From assembly GCA_040770465.1 (NCBI GenBank), contig JAXGJB010000036.1:1-30820 (forward strand): a stretch of DNA of 30,820 nucleotides, in the 5' to 3' direction. The notes below the pieces were generated by a model. The model was not told the origin of the DNA. It saw nothing but the letters and a program-made list of their open reading frames with translations, and did not search any database. Source of the stretch: Methanothrix sp. (GTDB lineage: Archaea > Halobacteriota > Methanosarcinia > Methanotrichales > Methanotrichaceae). Position 1 is the first letter of the stretch. Every line of letters starts with the position of its first letter. The translations under genes were made by a program, and so were the position numbers. This document shows, in pieces, positions 7,692-15,596 of this stretch.

Positions 7692-8420
7692 TTACGGATA
7701 GGGCGAGAGGGTCGAGACCGCCATCCCGTCATCGGATATGTCCAGGACTCTGATGCTGTTTGAGATCCGGGATCCCCTCATCTTCATGATGTAGATCGAG
7801 CGGACCATGTTGTTTCCGATCCTCTCCCTCTTGAGGATGGTGCAGGAGTCGGCCCCGTACTCCATGATCTGGGTCATGCCGAAGGCGGCGCCGATGGTGA
7901 TCATCGCCGTAACGCCGGTGGACCGGAGGTCGCCGAAGAGGTCGTCGGCTAGAGACCTCATGACGAAGGGGGACTCGATGGCGGTGAAGAAGGCCATGAG
8001 GTCGTCGATCAGGACCCTCTGGGGCTTCTCCTCTCTGACCTTCTTGTCCACGAGCTTCCTGAAGTTAATCAAAAAATCGACGGGGTCGGTCTCTATGCTC
8101 TTTTGAAGCCGAAGAACCGGGTCTGTGACGTCCACCATCACCAGCTTTCCCTCCTCCTCCAGCTTCCAGAAGTCCCACTTGAAGGAGGAGTACATCTCCC
8201 GTTTCAGGTACTCGGCGCTCTCCGAGGGCATGATGATCATCCCCTTCTCGCCGTTTTTGATCCCCTCGTAGATGAACTGGGAGGCGAAGACGGTCTTGCC
8301 GGTCCCCGACGCCCCCGTGACGGTGTTGACGGTCCTTCTGTGAAATCCTCCGGCCACCAGGTCGTCGAACCCAGGTATCCCCGAAGGAACCTTCTCGTAT
8401 GATTTTGATGATTCGTCCAC
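7692..8420 (-). CDS. Single-domain KaiC/RAD55-family RecA-fold ATPase
   Basis: VPSGIPGFDDLVAGGF, Walker A GASGTGKT, Walker B RVLIDD, C-terminal RSIYIMKMRGS. Ends 24 bp upstream of the GT3 start. Confidence 0.92.
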   Translation of the reverse strand: MDESSKSYEKVPSGIPGFDDLVAGGFHRRTVNTVTGASGTGKTVFASQFIYEGIKNGEKGMIIMPSESAEYLKREMYSSFKWDFWKLEEEGKLVMVDVTDPVLRLQKSIETDPVDFLINFRKLVDKKVREEKPQRVLIDDLMAFFTAIESPFVMRSLADDLFGDLRSTGVTAMITIGAAFGMTQIMEYGADSCTILKRERIGNNMVRSIYIMKMRGSRISNSIRVLDISDDGMAVSTLSPYP

Positions 8421-8548
8421 TTTTTCCCCTCCTTATAGACCATATTCGCCCGAGAGTAATTATTTTTATCGGTGAAGGTCGAAAGATTTTCGTCTCAACA
8501 AACCAAAATGAATGGGTTGAGACGAACTATGATGCCTCTTCTATCGTC

Positions 8549-9838
8549 TCAGTACTGCTCATAGACCCACGAGCTTTCGGCCGGGAAGAGGGCGTCGATG
8601 AGGCGAACCGTCTTCTCCGAGGCCGAATCCACGCCCGGTCCGACGTACAGCATCGCCGGGAAGATGTCGGGGCGCGTGTACTGCAGCTCTCGCCAGGTCC
8701 GATGGCCGAGGAGAAGTGGTGCAAAGAGGTCTTCCGGAATGAACAAGGTGTTCTCGCATTCGTTTTCGCCGCCGGATGTGACGGATTCGAGCTTTCCATC
8801 GGACCAGATGAGATCGATCTGCTCACGATAAAGATCGAGCCTCAAAGTCCCGGTGAAGCCTGCAAGGCTGCTCTCCTTCAGCCGCGCCTCCAGGATGGGG
8901 GCGATTCTGCCGAGGAACCTCGCTCGGTACGGGATCTTTATCTGCCAGGCGTAGGGCCTCCCCACCGAAGCCCCGAAGGAGATGGCGGTCTTCGCCGCGG
9001 TCGACTCGATGGCGAGGTTCAGCCGGATGTACGGCTTATCACGTTCTGCGCATTTTTTCTTGCAGAAGGCTAGGAGATTTACGAGCCCGTCGTCGGATAT
9101 CCCCTCGCTGATCTCGCTCACGATAAGCCCCGCACCGAAGCCCTGCCGGGAAATCCTGAAGTAATACCTCTCTTCCGTCTCTCGGCCTTCCATGATCCAG
9201 AACTCCGAGCCGCATCCGATCTTCGGGCAATAGGTCAATAGGTACTTCCAGACCTCCTCGTCCCTGAAGACGGAGAGGAAGTTCGATCTTCTGTACCGCT
9301 CGTCTTCCCTCACGAGGAAGGGCGCGTCCTCGGTATCGGCGAGCCGGAAGTCGTAGGCTCCACCGTTGCCGTCGCTGGTCGAATCGGGGACCAGATGGAG
9401 GGGGATGTCGATGTGGGGCTCCAGGGGGATTGAGTAATAATATCCGAAACGGCGATAAAATCCCGGTATCCCCTGGACCACGGCGAGGTCGAACTCTTCC
9501 TCTGCGAGGGCCGCGTCAAACTCCCGGTTGAGGAGTCTCATCAGCCCCCTGTTCCGGTGCCCCTCTCCCGTTCCGACGATCCCCATCTCGGCGACTTTCA
9601 GCCTCAGCCCCGCCATCTCCCAGGTCCAGGGGATGAGGGCGAAGGCTGAGGCGATCTCTCCGGTCTCCTCCTCGGCGGCGATGAACCAGCGCTCGTTCTT
9701 CATCCCCGGAAAGTGAGAGAATATCGTCTCGGCGAAGGCTCCCACCTCCTCGGGAAGAAAGATTCTGTCGAAATGATCGCGGAGCTTTCCGGCGTCGTCG
9801 GGCGACTCGGCCCGTCTTATTCTGTACTTTGAGTCCAT
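8549..9838 (-). CDS. Eis-like GNAT acetyltransferase with C-terminal SCP2-like region
   Basis: EMGIVGTGEGHRNRGLMRLL (acetyl-CoA motif A) and GIPGFYRRFGY. Second degenerate GNAT domain, then FTGTLRL...LFAPLLLGHR. Start is probably ATG 9838 (MDSKYRIRRAE). Confidence 0.8.
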   Translation of the reverse strand: MDSKYRIRRAESPDDAGKLRDHFDRIFLPEEVGAFAETIFSHFPGMKNERWFIAAEEETGEIASAFALIPWTWEMAGLRLKVAEMGIVGTGEGHRNRGLMRLLNREFDAALAEEEFDLAVVQGIPGFYRRFGYYYSIPLEPHIDIPLHLVPDSTSDGNGGAYDFRLADTEDAPFLVREDERYRRSNFLSVFRDEEVWKYLLTYCPKIGCGSEFWIMEGRETEERYYFRISRQGFGAGLIVSEISEGISDDGLVNLLAFCKKKCAERDKPYIRLNLAIESTAAKTAISFGASVGRPYAWQIKIPYRARFLGRIAPILEARLKESSLAGFTGTLRLDLYREQIDLIWSDGKLESVTSGGENECENTLFIPEDLFAPLLLGHRTWRELQYTRPDIFPAMLYVGPGVDSASEKTVRLIDALFPAESSWVYEQY

Positions 9839-9868
9839 GGAATCGATTCCCTCGTCATTTTGATGGCC

Positions 9869-9915
9869 ATCATCCACTTTGAATATTCCAGGTCTATCAT
9901 CCACCTTGAATATTC
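9869..9915. repeat. Two 20-bp direct repeats at 27-bp period
   Basis: ATCATCCACTTTGAATATTC (9869-9888) and ATCATCCACCTTGAATATTC (9896-9915). Each contains the palindrome GAATATTC. Confidence 0.85.
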
Positions 9916-10082
9916 TGCCGATCGGAGGCCTCATTCGGAGCCGGGATGCACCCCCGCGCCGTTGGTCAAATATTTATTGAACTTGATAGACAATATATCT
10001 ACATGCCATCGATCCCGCCCCTTCGATCCTGTTCAGCTTTCCCCGATGCCGACGAAGCCGCTGCCGGTCCCGGTGAGGGCTC

Positions 10083-11693
10083 ATGACCGACGTCTGCCTC
10101 TGCTTCGAGGTCCACCAGCCGTTGAGGCTGCGAAAGGACTTCTTCTGGGGGGGGTCGCCGATGAGGAGGATCGAGCCCGACCAGCTCTCCGACTTCTACT
10201 TCGACGACCCGGAGAACCGTCGGATATTCGACCGCGTCGCCGAGAAGTGCTACCTTCCGACCAACGAGATCATCCTCGAAGAGATCATGCGCCGCCGGGA
10301 CTCGGACCGCCCCTTCAAGGCCGCCTACAGCCTCTCGGGGGTATTTCTCGACCAGTGCGAGAGGTACAACCCCGCGGTCCTCGACTCCTTCGCAAGGCTC
10401 GTGGATACCGGGATGGTGGAGGTGTTGGAGCAGACCTACCACCACTCCCTTGCAAGCCTCTACGAGGACGGCAAAGAGTTCGCCGAGCAGGTGAGGATGC
10501 ACCGGGAGCGGGTATGGGACGCCTTCGGCACGAGGCCCCGGATCTTCGAGAATACGGAGCTTCTCTACGACGACCGGATCGCGAGGATCGTCGAGGGGAT
10601 GGGATACGCCGGGATCTTCGCCGAGGGTGTGGTGGCGCCTCCAAACCACGTCTACCGGCCCGAGGGGTGCGAGAGGATCTCGCTACTCCTCCGGGACTAC
10701 CAGATCACCGACGACATGGGATTTCGGTTCTCGGCAAGGTGGTGGAACGAGTACCCCCTCACCGCCGAGAAGTACGCCTCCTGGATCGCGGCAAAGCCCG
10801 GCGAGTGCGTCAACATCTTCTGCGACTACGAGACCTTCGGCGAGCACCAGTGGGCGGACACCGGGATCTTCGAGTTTCTGAAGTTTCTCCCCGGCGAGGT
10901 CCTGAAATGGGAGCACCTCCGGTTTTCGACCCCCAGCGACGTGGTGGAGAATAACCCCGCCCTGGAGACGATAAGGGTCCCCAATACCACATCCTGGGCC
11001 GACATCGAGAGGGACACCAGCTGCTGGCTTGGAAACGCCCTCCAGTGGGCCTGCTATTCCTACCACCGGAGGCTTGAGGGCCCCGTCAAGGAGAGCGGGG
11101 ACCGGAGCCTTCTGGAGATCTGGAGGACTCTTGGCCTCTCTGACCACCTCTACTACGCCTTCACCCACGGTGGCGGCCCCGGCGAGGTCCACAACTACTT
11201 CAGCCCTTACGGCAGCCCCTACGACGCCGCAATAACCTTCTTTGCCGTCCTCGCAGACCTCCACCACCGGGTGAAGTCCTGGGTCAACGCCTCCGACGAC
11301 CCCTTCCTCTTCTCGGTCGGTATCGACCAGTTCACCGGAGACGCCGCCTGGGGGCCGAGGGGCCTTGCGGAGGCGATCGAGGAGGTGGAGATCGAGTCCC
11401 TCGAATACCACTCCAGGAGGGGCGACCTCTCGGCCTGGGTGAGAGGGAGCCTCCGGGACGGAGCCTTCGCCGAGAAGATCGAGGCGGCCGAACCCCTCCG
11501 GGGCGATGGGCTGAGGGCGGCGCTTCTGGCTGCGGCGGCCGAGGCCGCAGGAAGGGGATCGCCGAGGAGAGCCGGATCGGACCGTCTGGACGACGGCTCC
11601 AAGACCGAAATCGCCCCCACCGGGGGGCGCGCAGATCCGGGAAAAAAGAAAGGGGGCCGGAAGAGGTCCGCCCCAAAAACGGGAGGTAGATGA
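10083..11693 (+). CDS. GH57 alpha-amylase-type hydrolase with C-terminal DUF5752-like domain and basic tail
   Basis: FEVHQP, KCYLPTN, QTYHHSL, FENTEL (nucleophile E), CDYETFGEHQ (acid/base D), SWADIERD, SDHLYY. From ~11295, PFLFS...LAEAIEEVEIESLEYHSRRGDLSAWVRGSL. Confidence 0.9.
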   Translation: MTDVCLCFEVHQPLRLRKDFFWGGSPMRRIEPDQLSDFYFDDPENRRIFDRVAEKCYLPTNEIILEEIMRRRDSDRPFKAAYSLSGVFLDQCERYNPAVLDSFARLVDTGMVEVLEQTYHHSLASLYEDGKEFAEQVRMHRERVWDAFGTRPRIFENTELLYDDRIARIVEGMGYAGIFAEGVVAPPNHVYRPEGCERISLLLRDYQITDDMGFRFSARWWNEYPLTAEKYASWIAAKPGECVNIFCDYETFGEHQWADTGIFEFLKFLPGEVLKWEHLRFSTPSDVVENNPALETIRVPNTTSWADIERDTSCWLGNALQWACYSYHRRLEGPVKESGDRSLLEIWRTLGLSDHLYYAFTHGGGPGEVHNYFSPYGSPYDAAITFFAVLADLHHRVKSWVNASDDPFLFSVGIDQFTGDAAWGPRGLAEAIEEVEIESLEYHSRRGDLSAWVRGSLRDGAFAEKIEAAEPLRGDGLRAALLAAAAEAAGRGSPRRAGSDRLDDGSKTEIAPTGGRADPGKKKGGRKRSAPKTGGR

Positions 11694-11694
11694 G

Positions 11695-13653
11695 TTGAGT
11701 TTCGAGGAGAAGATCCACCCCAGGAGCTATGACGAGGGGGCAAGGGGCGAGTGGTTGATCACCAACGGCCTTGGAGGCTACGCATCCTCGTCGATCCTGG
11801 GGGCGAACACCAGGTCCTACCACGGCCTTCTGGTGGCGGCTCTGAATCCGCCCACCGAGAGGACCCTCATATTATCGTCCCTGGACGAGGAGCTGATCTC
11901 CGAATCGCATCGCAGCCAGCTCGCCTGCCATCAGTATCCGGGCGTGATCTACCCCGAAGGCTTTCGCCACCTCGAGGAGTTTCGACGATATCCGATCCCC
12001 ACATTTCTATACCGGACCGAGGACGGAGCCTCCGTCGAGAAGAGGGTCTTCATGGTCCAGGGGGAGAACACCACCGTCGTGAGCTATCGGATCGATGGGT
12101 CCGGCCTCTTCAAGGTGGTGCCCCTGGTCAACTGCAGGAGCTTTCACGTAGCATCCCGGTCACCTCCGATGGAGCAGTCAGCGCTGAAGATCGAGGGGGG
12201 CGGTAGCGGAGTCCGCCTCCGGTCGGAGTGCGAGTTCACCCTCGCCTCGGATCGGGCCCGCTACGTCAGAGGGGGCGTATGGTACAACAACCTCGAGTAT
12301 CAGGTCGAGAGGGAGAGGGGGCTGGCCTGGAGGGAGGACGCCTTCTCCCCAGGCTGGTTCGAGGTCCGGGTCGACGGCTCTCTCTCCTTCAGCATAGTCG
12401 CCTCCGTCGGTCGGGATTCGCCGGAGTGGACCGAGGAGCTCCTGATCAGAGAGGTGGGAAGGGTCGAGAAGCTTCGTGCCAACGGGAGGCGCGACCCGAG
12501 GTTCATGCAACTGGCGGCCGCAGCCGACCAGTTCCTGGTGCGGAGGGGCGCAGGAAAGAGCATCATCGCCGGGTACCACTGGTTCAACGACTGGGGGAGG
12601 GACGCCATGATCTCCCTACCAGGCCTTCTTCTCACCACCCGCAGGTTCGATGAAGCCCGAGCCGTCCTCGCCTGTTTCGCCGGGGCGATGAAGGACGGCC
12701 TCCTCCCCAACGACTTCGGGGCCGAAGGGTACAACACCATCGACGCTGCCCTCTGGCTCTTCGAGGCGGTTTACAAATACTGGACCTACTCCGGGGATCT
12801 GAGCCTGGTGGAGGAGCTATTCCCGTCCCTTCTGGCGATCGTCGACCGATACTCCCGGGAGACGCCGGGGTCTCGTTGTGACGGGGACGGCCTCATCGTC
12901 TCAGAGCCCGGCCTCACCTGGATGGACGCGAAGGTGGGGGGTGAGTTTGTCACCCCACGGGCCGGGAAGGCCTGCGAGATCAACGCCCTCTGGTACAACG
13001 CCCTGAAGGTGGTGGAGCTATTCAGCCGGGAGCTTGAAAGGGAGATGGATCTCGAGACGTGCGAGATCTCGGACGGAGGTCTCGCGGAACGGGTCCGCGA
13101 CAGCTACCAGAAGTTCTGGAACCCCGATATGGGATGCCTCTTCGACCTGATCGAAGAGACCGATCCCGCCGTCAGGCCGAACATGGTGATAGCTGCATCC
13201 CTTCCCTTCACCCCCCTCGACGCCGACGAGATCCGGGGGGTGGTGGCAGTTGCCACAGAGAAGCTTCTCACCCCATACGGCCTGAGAACCCTCTCGCCGG
13301 AAGACCCGGCCTATTTGGGACGGTACGGGGGCGGACCTGAAGAGAGGGATCGAGCCTACCACCAGGGGACGGTCTGGCCCTGGCTCATCGGGCCGTACAT
13401 AACAGCCCGGCTGAAGTCGGGCCGCCACTCGAAGAAGGAGAGGGACGAGGCTAGGGAGATTTTGAGGCCTCTCATGGACCAAGAAGGCCAGATCGGCGTT
13501 GGGACGATCTGCGAGGTCTTCGACGGCGACGAGCCCCACCGGCCCGGAGGCTGCATATCCCAGGCCTGGTCCGTAGGAGAGGTGATGAGGGCCTGGTCGG
13601 AGGACGTGATGGTGGGGAGAAAGAGGAAGAGAGGGAGCGGGGGAGGGGCCTAG
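11695..13653 (+). CDS. Amylo-alpha-1,6-glucosidase / glycogen debranching enzyme (GH133, archaeal type)
   Basis: EWLITNGLGGYASS, TRSYHGLL, IIAGYHWFNDWGRDAMISLPG, LTWMDAK, YHQGTVWPW, QAWSVGE. TTG start 1 nt after the GH57 stop, with GGAGGT upstream. Confidence 0.93.
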   Translation: MSFEEKIHPRSYDEGARGEWLITNGLGGYASSSILGANTRSYHGLLVAALNPPTERTLILSSLDEELISESHRSQLACHQYPGVIYPEGFRHLEEFRRYPIPTFLYRTEDGASVEKRVFMVQGENTTVVSYRIDGSGLFKVVPLVNCRSFHVASRSPPMEQSALKIEGGGSGVRLRSECEFTLASDRARYVRGGVWYNNLEYQVERERGLAWREDAFSPGWFEVRVDGSLSFSIVASVGRDSPEWTEELLIREVGRVEKLRANGRRDPRFMQLAAAADQFLVRRGAGKSIIAGYHWFNDWGRDAMISLPGLLLTTRRFDEARAVLACFAGAMKDGLLPNDFGAEGYNTIDAALWLFEAVYKYWTYSGDLSLVEELFPSLLAIVDRYSRETPGSRCDGDGLIVSEPGLTWMDAKVGGEFVTPRAGKACEINALWYNALKVVELFSRELEREMDLETCEISDGGLAERVRDSYQKFWNPDMGCLFDLIEETDPAVRPNMVIAASLPFTPLDADEIRGVVAVATEKLLTPYGLRTLSPEDPAYLGRYGGGPEERDRAYHQGTVWPWLIGPYITARLKSGRHSKKERDEAREILRPLMDQEGQIGVGTICEVFDGDEPHRPGGCISQAWSVGEVMRAWSEDVMVGRKRKRGSGGGA

Positions 13654-13747
13654 AAGCCCTCGCGCTCCTCACCTCGACTGTGGTTCTCATCTGTTCGGGC
13701 CCGGAGACGCCCGCTTCCGTCCGAGGTCTATATTCAGTCGATCCAGT

Positions 13748-14638
13748 CTATTCCTCGACGGGAGCTTCGCCAGAAGGCTGCGCCATCATCGCCATCAGCA
13801 TCTCAAGCCAGGAGGGAGCTGCCATCGCCTCTTCCGGCACCACTATGTCGACCGGCTCGTTGTAGTTGGAGTAGACCACCGTCGACTCGGACTTGATAGT
13901 CATCTCGATATCGCTCATCTCGCCGACGGGAAGGTTCATCAGGTCGTTTGTGAGGGTCAGCTCCAGGGACACCTCGTTCTTCAGGGGGAGGTGAGACTCT
14001 TTGGAGATCCAGGTCGTCCACTCCATCTCGCTCTCCTCGAATATCTCGGTCATGTTAAAGGCGTTAAACGGCATCGATCCCATCTGCTGATTGAGGATCA
14101 TCATGAAAGTATCCATGTCCGGGACCACCTTCACCTTGTAGGCGGCCTCGCCGTTGACCTTCTCTGAGCCCACAAGCTCGATCTCGGATGCGTTGAGCTG
14201 CTCCACCAGAGTTCTCACCTGGTTCTGCTGGTCCAACATCTCTTCGGGCATCCCCGGCATCCTCGTCCAGTTCCCGTCGACGTTGGTGTACACGGTGTCG
14301 TTCTTCATGTACATCTCCATCTCAGTGACGACCTCTCCGGTCTCGTCGGAGCTGGTGGTGGTGGTGGTCATGGTCATCTTCAAAGCCCGGGCCGATACGT
14401 TCATGACGCCCTCGCCCTCCGATATCGTCTCGAAGTTCATCGTCTGAAGGGTCCTGTTCGTCTCCGAGTGGTTGACCATTTTTATGCTCTGATCCGTATC
14501 CATGGTGAAGGCGTAGGTATCGACATCATCCACCGACTCGATCATCATCGGCTTCAGCTCCTCGGGGCTGACCTTCTCCTCGACGCATCCGGAGACGGCG
14601 ATGATCATCAAGGCCAATAACAGTAATAGTTTCTTCAT
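13748..14638 (-). CDS. Lipoprotein, LppX/LprAFG / DUF6612 (LolA-like fold) family
   Basis: Signal peptide and lipobox MKKLLLLLALMIIAVSG-C. Motifs GSEKVNGEAAYKV, WISKESHLP and YSNYNEPVDIVVPEEA. Several NxS/T sequons. Confidence 0.75.
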   Translation of the reverse strand: MKKLLLLLALMIIAVSGCVEEKVSPEELKPMMIESVDDVDTYAFTMDTDQSIKMVNHSETNRTLQTMNFETISEGEGVMNVSARALKMTMTTTTTSSDETGEVVTEMEMYMKNDTVYTNVDGNWTRMPGMPEEMLDQQNQVRTLVEQLNASEIELVGSEKVNGEAAYKVKVVPDMDTFMMILNQQMGSMPFNAFNMTEIFEESEMEWTTWISKESHLPLKNEVSLELTLTNDLMNLPVGEMSDIEMTIKSESTVVYSNYNEPVDIVVPEEAMAAPSWLEMLMAMMAQPSGEAPVEE

Positions 14639-15063
14639 GTGGCAAGCCCTCTCTCCGACGGACTATTTCACACTATCGTTCGGTTTTAGGTTCCCAAGAC
14701 CGACGGACGACCGTCGCCCGATCAAATGGTGGATGTCAGGTGAGGGGTATCAGGTGAGGAATTCCAGGGGGGATGTCAAGGGGGGAGCGAGGGAGAGGCT
14801 GAGGATCTCGTCGAAGGCCTTGAGGTCGGACTTGACGATCCCGCCGGACTGGCAGGAGAGCTCTGCCGCCCGCTTTGTCAAACGGCATCTCCGCAGCTGT
14901 TCATCTCCCAGCAGATCCTCGGCCGGCAAATGGGTGGATAATGGGGAACCTCAAAAAATATTGATGCAGCAGGAATCACGAACAACTCGCCAGTTTCATT
15001 AAAGCGACTGGAGAGAGACAGATCAGCTTAGCGGCTGACAAAAAAAGGATTACCAATACACCT

Positions 15064-15306
15064 TTACGTATTCTCCTCCTTCGCTTTAGCGTTCTCTGCC
15101 ATCCTTCCGATCCATATGGTAGCGAAGACGGCGATTATGGTGACCAGGATCGCATATCCCCATATCCCGTACGCCGCCATGAAATAAAGCGCCCCTCCCT
15201 CAGCGAAGAGCGACTTTATGGCGTCGTTCCATGCGAGAGCTGCCACCAGGCCGAAGGCGGCGGTTATCAGAGCCGCCAGCTTGTCGATCACTTCGTACTT
15301 CAACAT
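15064..15306 (-). CDS. DUF5654-family small two-TM membrane protein
   Basis: EVIDKLAALITAAFGLVAALAWNDAIK...YAILVTIIAV. GGTGGT RBS upstream, TTATATATA box ~15352-15363 on the - strand, and an oligo-T run at 15040-15046 downstream. Confidence 0.85.
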   Translation of the reverse strand: MLKYEVIDKLAALITAAFGLVAALAWNDAIKSLFAEGGALYFMAAYGIWGYAILVTIIAVFATIWIGRMAENAKAKEENT

Positions 15307-15532
15307 TTATACCACCAAGGACTATTTTTGGTCCCTTATATGATCCCACTAGTATATATAATTTTATTGATCATGGCGCTATACGGGTTTCTAGCCATTT
15401 ATCTATCGAAAGCTTTCGGCTCAGGAGATTTTTTTTCTTGGGGTGCTTGGCCGGCAGGGGCTTCTTGGGTGGAGGAGCGGGGGGCGATGGGGTGGTTGTG
15501 GGGTTGAAGGTTGTCGACGGGGTGGAATGCAC

Positions 15533-15596
15533 AATCTTTATATATAACGTCGATATTTAGACATTATAGTACAAAATCATACATTATGGTGATCAT
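15533..15596 (+). promoter_or_regulatory. trp operon promoter with three phased candidate TRP boxes
   Basis: TTTATATA at 15537-15544. Then TAGACA (15558-63), AGTACA (15568-73) and CATACA (15578-83), each separated by 4 bp. GGTGA RBS at 15588-15592. Confidence 0.65.

Noticed and set aside
9860-10954. 364-aa Arg/Pro-rich ORF overlapping GH57
   Set aside because: Alternative-frame ORF with composition typical of off-frame GC-rich DNA.
15371-15532. Pro/Lys-rich 53-codon - strand ORF or trp leader peptide
   Set aside because: By-product of the G-rich tract; it lies upstream of the trp TATA box on the opposite strand, so it cannot be an attenuator leader.
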